The notes below the pieces were generated by a model that had not been told where the DNA came from, ran no database searches, and saw only the letters and a list, made by a program, of their open reading frames with translations. This document shows positions 1-12,758 of a DNA stretch of 64,000 nucleotides, one piece after another. Position numbers and translations under genes: made by a program. The DNA is taken from NCBI GenBank assembly GCA_002104905.1, contig MCFE01000244.1, forward strand, positions 52,637 to 116,636. Reading direction: 5' to 3'. This DNA comes from Basidiobolus meristosporus CBS 931.73 (taxonomy: Eukaryota; Fungi; Basidiobolomycota). Position 1 is the first letter of the stretch; the number at the start of each line of letters is the position of its first letter.

Positions 1-978
1 CTAAACGCACCTACACCACTGCCCACATCAACTATCGTCTCCCCGCTGTGTCGCCGCCAATCATAATCTATATGTTTGTGAGGTCATTGTCAGCATAATA
101 AGGGCACCAACAGTTTTGCACTGACCCTCCAGTAAACCACATGTGACCAAGCAATCCTGGCTCACCATGCTCCCCTCAAATATGTGTCGCTTCTCAACGT
201 TTTCCGGATGTTTGAACCAGCTCCACACATCTGTCCCATAGGCTTTCTTGAAGGGAACCTCTGTACTACCTTCTTGAGCAAACTCAGGCATATGTTCCAT
301 CGAGCGATACCATTCCTCTCCCCTAGTAAATACGTGTTCGTCATTGGATCAGGACGCATATATAGTGGAATCATCATTGGCACCAACCAGCACAATGCCC
401 TGCACCTGGCTGAATTAGGGTGATCCTTTCGAAGGATGTTGGAGAAGGCATTGTTGGCGAACACCTGTGAACCGGGCCCATAGATCTCGGTGAAGTATCC
501 GAGCCCCATAAGTAGCCTCATCAGAGCCGCTGCGCAGCAACCAAATCAGCGTTGATGTTCGGGTGGGAGCATAACTGTGCATAGAATTTGACGTACCTAA
601 TACATCCACTTTGAGCGCAGTCTTGCTGGCTATGGCTTCGATTCCCATGGGCTCGAGATGCAACAAATCCGGGATCTCATATCTACATACCATATGTAAT
701 GCCTTGGCTTCGATGAACGAGCCGATATGTTGCATTACTCTATGATAAGGGGGAAGCAACAAAGAGTTCACCTTTTCCAGGCCGTGTGACAACGACTGGT
801 AATCAAAGTATTGCTTGGATGGTCGGAGTTGAGAATAGTCAGCGTCAGGATCGGAATCAGGGAGCAAGTCGCCCACCTCCTCCGCCAGATCGGTCAGTTT
901 GTCGGCCAAGGTCAAGAGGAGCTGTCGAAGCTCTTCCTTGCGTGACAACGAATTGTTATTGCTAGCAACGTGGGGCAT
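1..978 (-). CDS. SAM-dependent O-methyltransferase (methyltransf_2 type, N-terminal dimerisation domain); 3' end lies outside the window
   Basis: GT-AG introns at 530-596, 323-405 and 68-125 join ORF pieces into ...KVDVLAALMRLLMGLGYFTE...FANNAFS...GEEWYRSMEHMP...DYDWRRHSGETIVDVGSGVGAF. The last part is the SAM-binding motif. Start is ATG 978 (MPHVAS) or 1014. Confidence 0.9.
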
Positions 979-2085
979 CTTGTGATTAATGGAACCTCGA
1001 GAGATCGCCACCATTATATTCTCTTGGGCACCTTGATCGCCCCACACGATTTCCCGACTACATACCGTTCTAAAACGTGCGGGTGCATATCGACTACAGC
1101 TTAATGCCAAGTCCACCAATCTAGTTGTCTCCGAGGAGATTTTGTCGCGTTACCATCATGATATCACACCGTTTCAACAAATAATCCACGATTCAATGTA
1201 GAGTGCCACATCGGGGAAGGCCCTATAGTCCGACAACTGCGTTACGAAAGAGTATTGAGTCGAGCGCAAACATGCCAAACCCGGAGTATATCCGTGGATT
1301 CTCTGAAAGATCCGCCGGTATGATGGAGACTGGCGATTTCCGTCCACCTGGCTCACACGCCAAGACGTTGGCCTAGCTCTTGGCTAGGGAAGTTGGAATC
1401 TGATTGAATGCCTTCGAACACACCATTTAATGTATGCACCCCAGGTTGCGCCCGATCGTTAATGACCGACTCTTGGCTGGGATTTGATGGATGGTGTTGG
1501 CGCTCAGCAACCATTTTCAATTTAATACATTTTTGGCTAGAAGCAGGATTTACATGAATGGGCGCCTGGAAGAAGGTTGATCATTTGGAAATTGCCATAC
1601 ATCATGTCCTGGTGAGAAGCTAGATGAGTTGGCCAATGGAGAGGCCACTGGCATTGAGTTGGCTTGACATGTCTTTGTTCCACCTGCTCCCATTGGTCAC
1701 CCCACCCACCACAGAGAAACAAGTGATACACCAATTGATTGATAATGAATTCCGCAGAAACGCAGATAGAAGTTGATAGAGTGGACCTCAACTCTCATCC
1801 ACCACTTAGATTAGATCAGAACTAATCGAAAGACAAGCGAGCTCAGCTTGCCGTGTTTGGTAAGGGTCGAGTATATGAAATAATTTGGTTTGTTGAACCG
1901 GATGGACCACAGCCCTTATGATTCGCGGAATTCCATGATATGTTCTTCCATAACGGGCAGCCGAGTGAAAGATCCGCCGATTCGAATCTATGTGTAATCT
2001 TCTATGATTCATTGCGACCCTTGGTATATGTTCACCTTGACATTGCTTCGTTGAGCTTGCTTCTCTAGTTATATACACAGCGCTC

Positions 2086-3432
2086 ATGGTTGTCTCTCTA
2101 TTTCCTGTCGAATATCGTGTTTTGCTTCTCATAGACTTGGGAATCTGGTGCTGGAGCCTGAACCTCCAACTCTTAAACAAAGCTGGAATAGATGTTCAGA
2201 TTCTGTTCGAACTGGAGAAAAACGATCACAAGGCCCACCGCGTGTTCTACAACATCGCCCTTGTGTTTACCCTGATCACCCAGTTCTTCTTGATGTTCTT
2301 TTGGCTTCTTGTGAATTTCAACTACAGTGGAATCGTGGCAACGGCCATGTGCTACTTCGTGTTGCTGTTCTTGACGATATGCCCGTTTAACATCCTACAT
2401 AAGAAGACCCGGTTCATTTTCTTGAGGTAGCTACGCAAGCCACATTTCGAACCGAACTTTTCGTCCTCTGACTCTGCTTCACCAGCTCATTGATTAGGAT
2501 AGTGTTCTCTCCCCTCCGTTCCGAACCCACCTTTGAAGATGTCATCTTGGCGGATATATTAACAAGCTTTGCCAAAGTTATTACCGGGCTCCTCTTTGCG
2601 TTAGGCATGTTCTTCACCTCTCTCAAACACGAGCCCGCCACTCCTGAAGATATGCACCGTGCTTTCGAGTTATCCTTCATAGGCCCTATCATCACAAGGT
2701 CAGTGAATGCACCCCGTTTTTTAACAGCTTGACTCTGACAACAGTTATCTAAAATCATCGTCTTGAAGCCTTCCCTTCCTGTTCCGACTTCGCCAATGCG
2801 TATCGGAGTATCTGACTACCAAGGGGACAGGGTACAAGCCCTTGGCGAATGCAGTTAAGTACGCCTCAGCTTTCCCGGTGATATTCCTTTCGGCCGCGAT
2901 GCACAATCAATCCGAAGCGAACGGCAACTTGTTTATTATATGGTACCTTTCGGAAATTATTTCTACCCAACATAGCAAGCGCGCATGCTGATCGAGGTGA
3001 TTTGACCCTGTTAGGTTGCTCGCGGTGATCTTCAACTCGCTCTACTCCTTTTACTGGGACGTGGTCATGGACTGGGGGCTTGGTGCTCGCTTTTCGGCTG
3101 AGAAAGGCACAAGAATGATGCTGCTTCGACAGATCCTAATCTACCGCAAGCCAGTGTATTATATCTCCATCCTTATCGACTTCTTTCTACGCACCACCTG
3201 GTCCTTAAAGCTATCGGAGAGCCTGAAGTCGGAGGATCTGCTTGCGGGCGGGTTCATTCTAGAGGTGGCAGAGATCCTTCGACGCTGGCTTTGGATCTAC
3301 TTTAGGGTCGAGAAAGAATGGATCAGCACGGAACTCGATCGTACGCGAACCAATTACTCGTTGCAGTTATTGGATTCGTCGGACTCGGAAGATGAGTTGG
3401 AGGAATTAAATCTCATCATGAACGAATTGTAA
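2086..3432 (+). CDS. ERD1: EXS-family membrane protein, ERD1-like (no SPX domain)
   Basis: Spliced ORFs 2086-~2426, ~2486-2698, ~2750-2942 and ~3016-3432 carry EXS motifs: FEDVILADILTSFAK, RQCVSEY, LANAVKYASAFPV, NSLYSFYWDVVMDWGL, DFFLRTTW, EILRRWLWIYFRVEKEW. N-terminus FPVEYRVLLLIDLGIWCW...GIDV. Confidence 0.88.
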
Positions 3433-4705
3433 ACAACCTCCCCGACCTTCCCACTAACCACCATTGCGGTGCCGAGCCATAGGGTACCCTTCGAGCAATC
3501 TACCAATATCGACGACCACAACAGCAATAGCGACAACGACGAAGCCACTCCGTAGGCATTGCTAAAGTGAATTGAATGGCCTTCGTTAATGATGTGAATC
3601 AAATCGAACTGCTATCTGTTCAGCATAACCAATCGCTCCACCACTTGTGTTGTACATAGGCAAATAAACGTTAACTCATACTCGACTTTCAGATGGGCAT
3701 CGGGGATCTCCGGTCCACATTCGAGCATACCTGTCAAACCCTAGATCGCTTCACTTCTTCCTATCTATATAACATTCCCAATCAAAGCAACGCCCATCAC
3801 TATGTCGCCCACCCACGCCAATTGCCGGGGAACGATTTGTCTTGATGGGCCACTCAGATCTTGGTCTGTTGCGATTCGTTCCGTTACCTTGACCAGGCTT
3901 GGGTGGCCTAGTTGTGGGCAGAGGTTTCAGTCCATGCGGTATTGGGCATAGCGGATCGGGTTAAGCAAAAATCATTGGAACTAGCAACCGATCCAGGATC
4001 AATCCATTCGTTGGTTTCACCACACTCAAGTTTAAGGTTTGTGGCACGCATCTAAGCGATTGGCAGCCATTCGAAGTTTCCCAGGGAGATGCGAGGCGAT
4101 ACGTCAATCCAGGTGAGCAGTTCCGAGGTTCACGGTATCATGGCACCTGGAGAGTGCTTCTCAATGAGATCTTTGGTAAAGACCAGATGCATCTGCCTGT
4201 GAAGATTATATCAAAGTTTTGGTATGGGGAGTATCTCTGGGGGGGGGGGTGTTGGAACACGACCATCTTTATGGACCCCTTGTTCCAAATCAACAAGCAC
4301 TTTCCCTCCAGGCAACAATTCCAGAATCGCTCACTAAAAAACTCCCATCAGCACCACTCCCCTCAGGTGAGGGAGGCGGAAGAAGCGTGTTGATACACAG
4401 CACTGCGCAACCAAGCATCACCGCCGTGCAGTGCTCCAACATTATCTGGAGACTTACCCTAGGCCATTGTTCGCAAATTGAAAGAAGCCTGTCTCCAGAG
4501 CGTAAGCGTCCCTCACAATGGATTAAGCGATCTACCAGGAGATTTTCAAATGGGCCCAACGCTCCACACGGTCATATCATACAGGCTACCGATCGACCTC
4601 TCCGGATTTTATTCAATGTACAAGTGAGTCATTCTCGCTCTCGCTCCCGGTCTCTCTCTTTCTCTCAGTGGATCTAGTTTCAACATATGGATGTGAATGA
4701 GGGAG

Positions 4706-5638
4706 TCACACAAAATAGCCTTTGCTTGAATAGTGATCATACTCTTTGGGTAGCATCCCGCCGTTTAAATAGATGTTCCCCATGGGCTGCGCGGAGCTCG
4801 TCGGCAAGGTCGCTGCGCTCGGACCCATGGCAGAGGATTGCGAGTCCTGCGCCATCGGGGTTGGTGCGAAGTTGGACTGGGATTCGGTAGACGACCAGTC
4901 GCGTCCGCTGCTATTCTTGCGCAGTTGGCTCAAGAAATACGGCAGACACACCATGACGAAGTTTACGGTTAGGTCGATCATGGAGAGTATGGGTGCGTTG
5001 GGGCCGAGCGATGTGGTCAGGCTGATGTTGAAGAAGATATTGAACAGGATGGCCAGCGAGTTCGTCAGGAAAAGGCTGCAGCTGACGGTGGCGATTTCCC
5101 GTAACCTGTCGCCTTCCCGTTTGAAAAGCGGCTTCACGAATGGAAACAAGAAAAGCACCAGCATGTAGGCCGAGCCGGCGAAGTTCGTGGAGAGTGGAAG
5201 ATAGGCGGATATCGTGGGGTGGTTGACATAGCATGCTCCCTCCGGCTCGACCTCCGAGTGGTTGAGGACAGCAGCAATTGGTATTGAAGAAGCGTAAACC
5301 AAGGTGATAAGAGAGGGAATCAGCAACACCCAAACACCATGAAATACTTCCCTGTAACGGAGTATGTAGAATACAAGCTGGAGCGTATTGCTTCCGTGGT
5401 AAAAGATAATGGACAGATCCTCGGCAAATATGCACTTGTCTCTCACCTGACTATTGAGTTGCACCATTTTTACTTGCGCATACACGCAGCTGCTAAGAGC
5501 TACAAAATACAGGATCCTATGCGAGGTCATGCCGGGAGCGGCAGTCCAACCGCGAACGACAACGAGCAGGATTGCCGTCACAAGGATTATGCCGAAACAA
5601 ATGCCAACAATATACGAAGATACACTTGTGGAGACCAT
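4706..5638 (-). CDS. Intronless 310-aa seven-transmembrane (GPCR-like) protein
   Basis: Seven hydrophobic segments by eye, ILRY at the end of TM3, Cys before TM3 (DKCIF) and in loop 2 (GACYV), and a polar Ser/Gln-rich C-terminal tail. Confidence 0.75.
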   Translation of the reverse strand: MVSTSVSSYIVGICFGIILVTAILLVVVRGWTAAPGMTSHRILYFVALSSCVYAQVKMVQLNSQVRDKCIFAEDLSIIFYHGSNTLQLVFYILRYREVFHGVWVLLIPSLITLVYASSIPIAAVLNHSEVEPEGACYVNHPTISAYLPLSTNFAGSAYMLVLFLFPFVKPLFKREGDRLREIATVSCSLFLTNSLAILFNIFFNISLTTSLGPNAPILSMIDLTVNFVMVCLPYFLSQLRKNSSGRDWSSTESQSNFAPTPMAQDSQSSAMGPSAATLPTSSAQPMGNIYLNGGMLPKEYDHYSSKGYFV

Positions 5639-7192
5639 GCTAGCTTGACGGTGTTCTCAACTGCTCAGGAAGCTCTACGAAGAAAAAAGGCGCCTGGCCA
5701 AAGAAGTATCATCCCGGGTAATAGTTTAGTTGGACAGTAGTGAGACATATACATGGGACGTCAAATACAGAGGAAGAGAAGATAGGTCACTTGGTTGTTT
5801 CAGATGGTGGAACGTCTATCCATCGAGTTTCGTTTCAGATTTTCCTTGCATTCATCTAATCATCAAGGCGAGCAAACAACCAACCAAGACCTCGCCAGAA
5901 GCAAGATGCCTCAAACAGCTGTGTCATACCGCATATGCCTGGAAGAGCACGCCTAGCAATTCCGCAGAGGTTATTCAAGCTTTAAACCTTCAATTGATCG
6001 AGACTAGCGATCCTCGCTAGAGCGTACAAGACATGCTATCTCTGCCCCAATCTCCGGTCATAAAAAAGACAGTGTGACGTATTCGGAATCATACTAGGCC
6101 TTGGGTGATGGATTTGCTGGGAGAAACCGTATTGAATCATGTAGATTACCATCGGCCGCTGGCATGAATAGGTTCTGCTTCCCAGAGTGGGACAATCCGT
6201 GGATCGAGACAGGATTTGGGGCAGGGGGACAGGTGTGTTAGCCATCCGGCTCTAATGAGCGTCCAGCATTTGTGTAGCCATGCACGCCCAACACGATGGT
6301 CTTGGGGAGCATCCAGTATCTCCTCTGGGCCCTACTCTCAAGGCGCGCAGATTACCGCTGATAGGCCATTCTTGAACAAAGTGCACCATCGACGTTGGGA
6401 GGGCGGGAAATCAGGGAGGTCTACTAGAACGTAGCCCAGAGCCACCCATTGCATCATATACGGCCGCGAAGCAAGAGCTTCTTGTTTCATCGCCAGGAGG
6501 CCACTCACGGGATAGCCCAGATCTGAAATCCCAAGTCCAAACATGGGTTGTGGTAGCCGCCGACTGAGAGCATTGCTGATCTCCAGCCAAGATGCATTCC
6601 AAGAATTGTCAATTTAACCACGCCACCTGCAACAGCACACAGAAACCTGGCGGTTGTATTGGCTGGAGGGGTTTCAACGAAATGGATGTGGAATTCCCGG
6701 ATATCCGCTGCCCATATTGGTAGCGCAGTTGGATACAACATGTGCCATGACAATAGGTTGTGGTGCTTATCCCCAAATCTCGAGGCTGATCCCTACCCGA
6801 TAGCTACATCACTGGCTGGATGCGAGCCTCTGGCTCTTGGTATGTTGGCTCAGGGCCAACCCTCCACGTTCCTTGCCGGGAACAATGCTCGTTGCACTCC
6901 TGGCTGTCCAAGACCGATTGCCGCCGTGCGAGTGGCTAGCACCATGAGCCGTGCTACCGAACCGTTCGTATGGATATGGACTCGTGGGGGCGGATCATGA
7001 CGTGTCCAGGATCTGAGTTGAATGGTAAATTGTATGGCTGTGTGGATATGAAAAACCTGGTCTTCAGATTAAAAATATGATGTAAGTCACGCCTTTCGAA
7101 GCGTGAATGGTGATGTGCTAGATGACCCCAGTTCCACCATCGCATCGGCTCGAATCGATTTGAGCGAAGTCATGGCCATCAATCACCATCTC

Positions 7193-7222
7193 TAGGCACC
7201 ATCACCATCACCATCACCATCG
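7193..7222. repeat. (CACCAT)n microsatellite
   Basis: gcaccatcaccatcaccatcaccatcgccat. Confidence 0.8.
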
Positions 7223-8049
7223 CCATTGTCCAAGCCTCAATAGGCTGCGATCAATCATCGAGGGCAAACCTGTTTTTTGCTATGCAGATGTGCATGTTGC
7301 TGATGCTTAGGTCTAGCGTCGAGTCAGATGATCTCCCCCTTCCTATCCAAGCCAGCCCACGGCATCAGCCCAGCTCTGATCACGTTGGCTCTAACCACCG
7401 TTGCCATTGCTGTTACCAACCCAAAGCATCCCCAGCCAATACCTGGAGGGGAGCGGGAAACCTGCACCTTCCCGAGCCAAAAGTCCATAAACTCCGATAG
7501 ATATGTTTACAGTTTCACTAAATATCATCTGTTTGAATGGAATGCATCATTCTTACAATCAACCACCGCAATGCAAAGCACTCCATCGTACCTCTCTTTC
7601 CTCACGCACCATACTAATGATCCTGGCATTTATATTACTTTCACACAACCAGGCAGAAACCAGATGTTACAGAATGATCAACCGTATCATTGATGGCATC
7701 GATGTATATTAGGCTGACATTTATAGAAATCCCGGTTGCATGATTCAATCATCCCAGCCCAGGCTGGCTGGGAGCAGATATTCCCTGTGAAAACCAAGTC
7801 ACACCCGACAAAATCCATTAAATAAATTGGGACGCGTTGCGAAGCAAGGGATATTTTGCATCAAACATACAGTCATCCTCAGCGATAGTGGACAGCGGGG
7901 ATCCCAAATAAATTCGACCAATTGCTGCACTAGCTAAAAAGAAGGCGCACGCTTCAAACATTTTTTCAAATCCCAAACTATCTGATCTCTTGTGTTTTGG
8001 CTGTACATCGCGAATATTTCCCTTTGTTATCGCTCGGGAAATCTTCACT

Positions 8050-8125
8050 TGTCGCCTCTCTCCCTCTCTCTCTCTTTCTCCGTCTCTCTCCCTTCCACCC
8101 TCCCTATTCTATTTCTTTCCTCCAC
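8050..8125 (+). promoter_or_regulatory. CT-rich pyrimidine tract upstream of chitin synthase (typical fungal core promoter/5'UTR)
   Basis: ctctctccctctctctctctttctccgtctctctcccttcc, about 150-200 bp before ATG 8272. Confidence 0.45.
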
Positions 8126-8271
8126 CCCAACAACCGATCATTCCACTCTGGAATGAATCTATCGATAAACCAGAACTCAGCAAACAATCGCCTATACTTT
8201 GACCAACCTAACCTTTTCACTAAAGTTCACTCCGAGGCTCCACATACCCTAGCTTGAGAAAGCCAGTCCAC

Positions 8272-11200
8272 ATGTCTTCAAGAGACTCCGACTCCAGAAA
8301 GGCTCAGCCCAACAGACTTCGCCATGGACCTCGTCAATATCGAGCTAGAGGTGAATCCTCGACGGATGCCTCTGAGCTACCTCACGACACGGCAGCCCAC
8401 CAGATTGGCGACATCCTTAGTTATTATCAGGAGCAGGATTCAGGGCAAGTTAAACGTCCTCAGCCCTCTTCCTACTCGCACCCCGCAGTGGAATTGAACG
8501 TAATGAAGGAATCGAATGGATTCGACCCTAGAGTCCTTGAGCAGCAATCATCAGAAGGCTTTCCTCGTCGACGGAAATCACTGATACGCCCTGAGCGACA
8601 CCCGGTGGATAGACGATACCCCCGACGCATCAGCGAAGTGGAGGCAAGCGACACCGCCAACCGATCGAGAAACTCGAAACACCCCGCATTGGACCGGAAC
8701 GGGGCCTCTTTTCGATCCCTCAAGGGGGGAAAGCTGAAAGAGACTTCGGTCTTCTACAAAAGAGGCACCTGCCCTTCGGCATGGCAGATGTTTGCCACAT
8801 GCGCTACCTTCTATGCGCCGAATCCGGTGCTTTCCTGCTGTGGTAAGGATTTGATTCCTCGTCATGTTCATCAGTGGGCTTTGCTAACTTTGTTCCAGGC
8901 ATGAAAACCAAGGAAATTCGTCAAGCTTGGCGGGAAAAGATGGCGTTGTGCACTGTGATTATTCTACTGTGTCTGGCGGTGGGATTTTTGACTTTCGGAT
9001 TCCAGCAGGTCCTGTGCGGGTTCTCCAGTTCTATCAATCGAGTAAAGCATGGCTCTTTACAAGAAACGGATGCCATCATCAATGGCAAAGCCTTCAGCCT
9101 AGCTGATTACACACACCCTCCCGCCAGCAATGTGCCACAAGACGGGAAGCTTGTGCCTATTGCAGGAGGGCAGGATATCTCCTTTATGTTCCAAAATGTC
9201 AATGGTAATTGTAAGGGAGTGCTTAACGTTCAATCAGGGGCGGATGGAAACGGCAACGTGGTCAATTATTTCCCTTGTGTCGTCCGTAATTCCACCACTC
9301 CGGCCAATCCCTCGGATAACCCTGACCACACCGGTTGTCACAGAAATCCTGCCGCAAGGGCAGCCGCGCAGAAGCTGAAGTTCGTTGGCGAAATCTATTA
9401 CGAGTGGCCAGACATTTTGAAGCGAGATAGAAATCTGGTCGTTTACAATGGGCATGTGCTGGACTTTGACCTTCTCAAATGGCTGGTCCCGGGAATACAG
9501 GCCCCTGCCCTATTCGCCGATTTTCTCGATGCCAAATCCCCCTACCGCGGAACAGACGTCACCTTCTTCATGGGAAATTACCATCGAGCGGAGGCCAAAT
9601 GTGCCATGGATATTCTGAGGGTCGGGGCTTTAGACACCACCTCTATGGGGTGTATCATCTCGAATGTCGTTCTGTACGTATCACTTATTGTGATCCTTGG
9701 TGTTGTCCTGGCCAAATTTTTCCTGGCGGTGTTCTTCGGCTGGGTGATCAGCTGGCGCTTGGGTACCTTCCGCGAGGAAACCTACGAAGAGCGTATGCAA
9801 CGTCTGGAGGCCATCGAGCAGTGGAGTGAAAATCCCAATAGACTGGCCGTGTCTGCAAATATGAGGGAAAGTAGCAACTTCCTGCCTAACATAAGCCGTT
9901 ACTCCACGCCACCGCCCGTATACGATGTTAAACGGAGCTACCAGGTCAACTACGGCGCAGCACGTCTGGCCAACAACTCTAGCAACTCGCTTCTACCACC
10001 CAATCCTATGCATGGCCGCCATGTGCTTGGTAGATACAACACTCCTCCGGAATCCCCCGGCCCTTACTCCAGACGCTCCTCCCGTAGCTCCGCTACTTTC
10101 GGATCCAACCTGCACGTCCCGCCTGTCCCCCCTCCACCCACCTTCCAGCCGTTCAATTTCCAGCTTGCACATACCATTCTGTTGGTCACCTGTTACTCTG
10201 AAGGCGAGCAAGGAATGCGTACCACTCTAGACTCGCTTGCCCTGACCGATTATCCCGAGTCACATAAGCTAATTTTGGTCATTGCTGACGGGATCATCAC
10301 AGGCTCCGGAAACGCGCTGTCCACCCCAGATATCTGTCTGTCGATGATGAAAGACTTTGCACTCCCACCGGAGAATGTTCAGCCCTACTCGTATATCGCT
10401 ATTGCCGACGGAGTGAAACGCCACAACATGGCCAAGGTGTTCGCTGGGTACTACAAATTCGACAACGCCATCGTGCCTGCTGACAAACAGCCTAGGGTTC
10501 CTATGATACTGATCGCGAAATCCGGGAACTCCGAAGAGCAAAATCTACCGAAGCCCGGGAATCGAGGCAAACGTGATAGCCAGATCGTCCTGATGTCGTT
10601 CCTTCAGCATGTCATGTTCAACGATAGAATGACCGAGATGGAGTACGAATTGTTCAATGCGATATGGAGTGTGACTGGAGTCAGCCCCGACAACTTCGAG
10701 ATCGTTCTCATGGTGGACGCCGACACCAAGGTCTACCCGGACTCCGTTACGCGAATGGTCTCTTGTATGGTTCGTGATCCTCAGATCATGGGCCTTTGCG
10801 GAGAGACCAAGATTGCCAACAAGCGAGACTCGTGGGTGACCATGATACAGGTGTTTGAGTACTACATCTCGCACCATCAAAGCAAGGCATTCGAGTCAAT
10901 CTTTGGTGGTGTGACTTGCTTACCGGGCTGCTTTTGTATGTATCGCATCAAAGCGCCCAAGGGCCCTAACGGCTATTGGGTGCCAATCCTGGCAAGTCCC
11001 GAGATAGTCGAGCATTACAGCGAGAACGTTGTCGACACCCTGCACAAGAAAAACCTGCTGCTCCTCGGCGAGGACCGATATCTGACCACCCTCATGCTCC
11101 GCACCTTCCCTAAGCGAAAAATGATGTTTGTGCCTCAGGCGGTGTGCAAAACCGTTGTCCCGGATACCTTCGGGGTTCTCTTGTCGCAGCGCCGCAGATG

Positions 11201-11897
11201 GATCAACTCCACGGTGCATAACCTACTCGAATTGGTGTTGATCCGCGACCTTTGCGGCACATTCTGTTTCTCCATGCAGTTTGTTGTGTTTATGGAGCTG
11301 GTTGGTACGGTCGTTCTACCGGCCGCCATCTCGTTCACCATCTACCTGGTAATCATTTCGTTCTTCACCACGCCCGTCCCCATCATCCCACTGATCCTAT
11401 TGGCCATCATCCTGGGCCTGCCGGCGATCTTGATTTTGATGACCACCCGAAAGATCGTATATGTTGGTTGGATGTTGGTTTATCTGCTCTCCTTGGTCCT
11501 CTGGAACTTCGTCCTCCCCACCTACGCGTTCTGGCACTTCGATGACTTCAGCTGGGGCCAGACCAGGCAGGTGGAAGGGGAAGCGAAGGGGGGACATCAC
11601 GGCGAGAAGGAGGGGGAGTTCGATGGGTCCCGGATCATCATGAAGAAATGGAACGAGTTCGAAAAGGAGAAGCGACGCAAGACCGACCGCGTACTTTCCC
11701 AATGCGACATCTCCGCCGAATCCCAACAGAGTTTGGAAAAACTTGGGTACCACATTCCCAGCCAACTGGCCAGGCTATCTAACATTAACTTAAGAGAACG
11801 AGAGAATTCCCTACCAACCGAGGGAGAATGCGAGGGGAACATGCCAGGAGCCACCGGAGGCAATGTTGCCCATGAGCGCCCGACCACCCAGAAATAG
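8272..11897 (+). CDS. CHS3: Chitin synthase, class IV (Chs3-like)
   Basis: Exon 8272-8842, intron 8843-8898 (GTAAGG...GCTAAC...CCAG), exon 8899-11897. Motifs: QAWREKMALC, TCYSEG, NRGKRDSQ, MVDADT, CGET, TCLPGCF, LLLGEDRYL, QRRRWINST, HFDDFSWGQTR. Confidence 0.97.
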
Positions 11898-12758
11898 CTC
11901 GGGTCGGGGTTGCCGTTCATATCAAACCCGCATCCATGTTCCTTACGCGATGGCACCACCACTTTTACGAACCGAACCATCTCGACTGCAGATTCAATTT
12001 CAATCATCCGCGTAGAAGCCCGAGTGCTCTTGGGCATTGGCGGAGAGGGAGGATCCACCCCGACCGAACCCAACTTACCGTAATAATCCCTTTTTTGAGT
12101 ATCTGGCGCACCTTTTCGATGACTTCGGGATCTAGACCACAGTCCGAACGATCCTTCGAACTCTCCACCTTCTACACTATTTCTGTATTTACCGATAAAT
12201 GATGAATCTCTACTTCAATAAATGTTCAGAAAATCCACCGGCCCAATCCACACCGTCCATCCCCCGGAATGCCGCCCAGCTGGCCCCCGCCCTGCCTTGA
12301 CTACAACTGTCGCTCTGCAACCATCCCCTAGCGGTGGTGCACGTGTACGCAAAAGCAAAAGGCTCGGTTTCTTCTGGATTCTTCTATTCATTGTGGGTTG
12401 GTCTCGTAACGAATGATTTAGGGTTGGGCAGAAAACGAGCGGAAGGAAATTTACATCGATCTACGAGAGCAAGAAGAAGAGCAGAGAAGGTTTGGATCGT
12501 GTGAAGGGGGTGGGTGTGCCGCCCTTGGGGGGACGACAAAAGGCTTAGGCTCATTGAAAATAATTATTCACGACTATGATAAACAGGAATATGAGGTAAG
12601 CGTTAGGACAGGTGGAAAGTATATATCCCAAAAACAAGCGTGAAAGGATTAAAATAATTGACGCGAATTGAGTGAAGTGTATGTGGGGAAGATGGTGGCC
12701 AAGGGAAGGAAAAGAAGCACCACGTTCCGTTCGGAGGAAGCTCCCGGGACTCTTGAAA

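Noticed and set aside
5700-7700. Short ORFs between the 7TM gene and chitin synthase, including 7328-7693
   Set aside because: No motifs or consistent splice model were found; treated as intergenic, although a small gene cannot be excluded.
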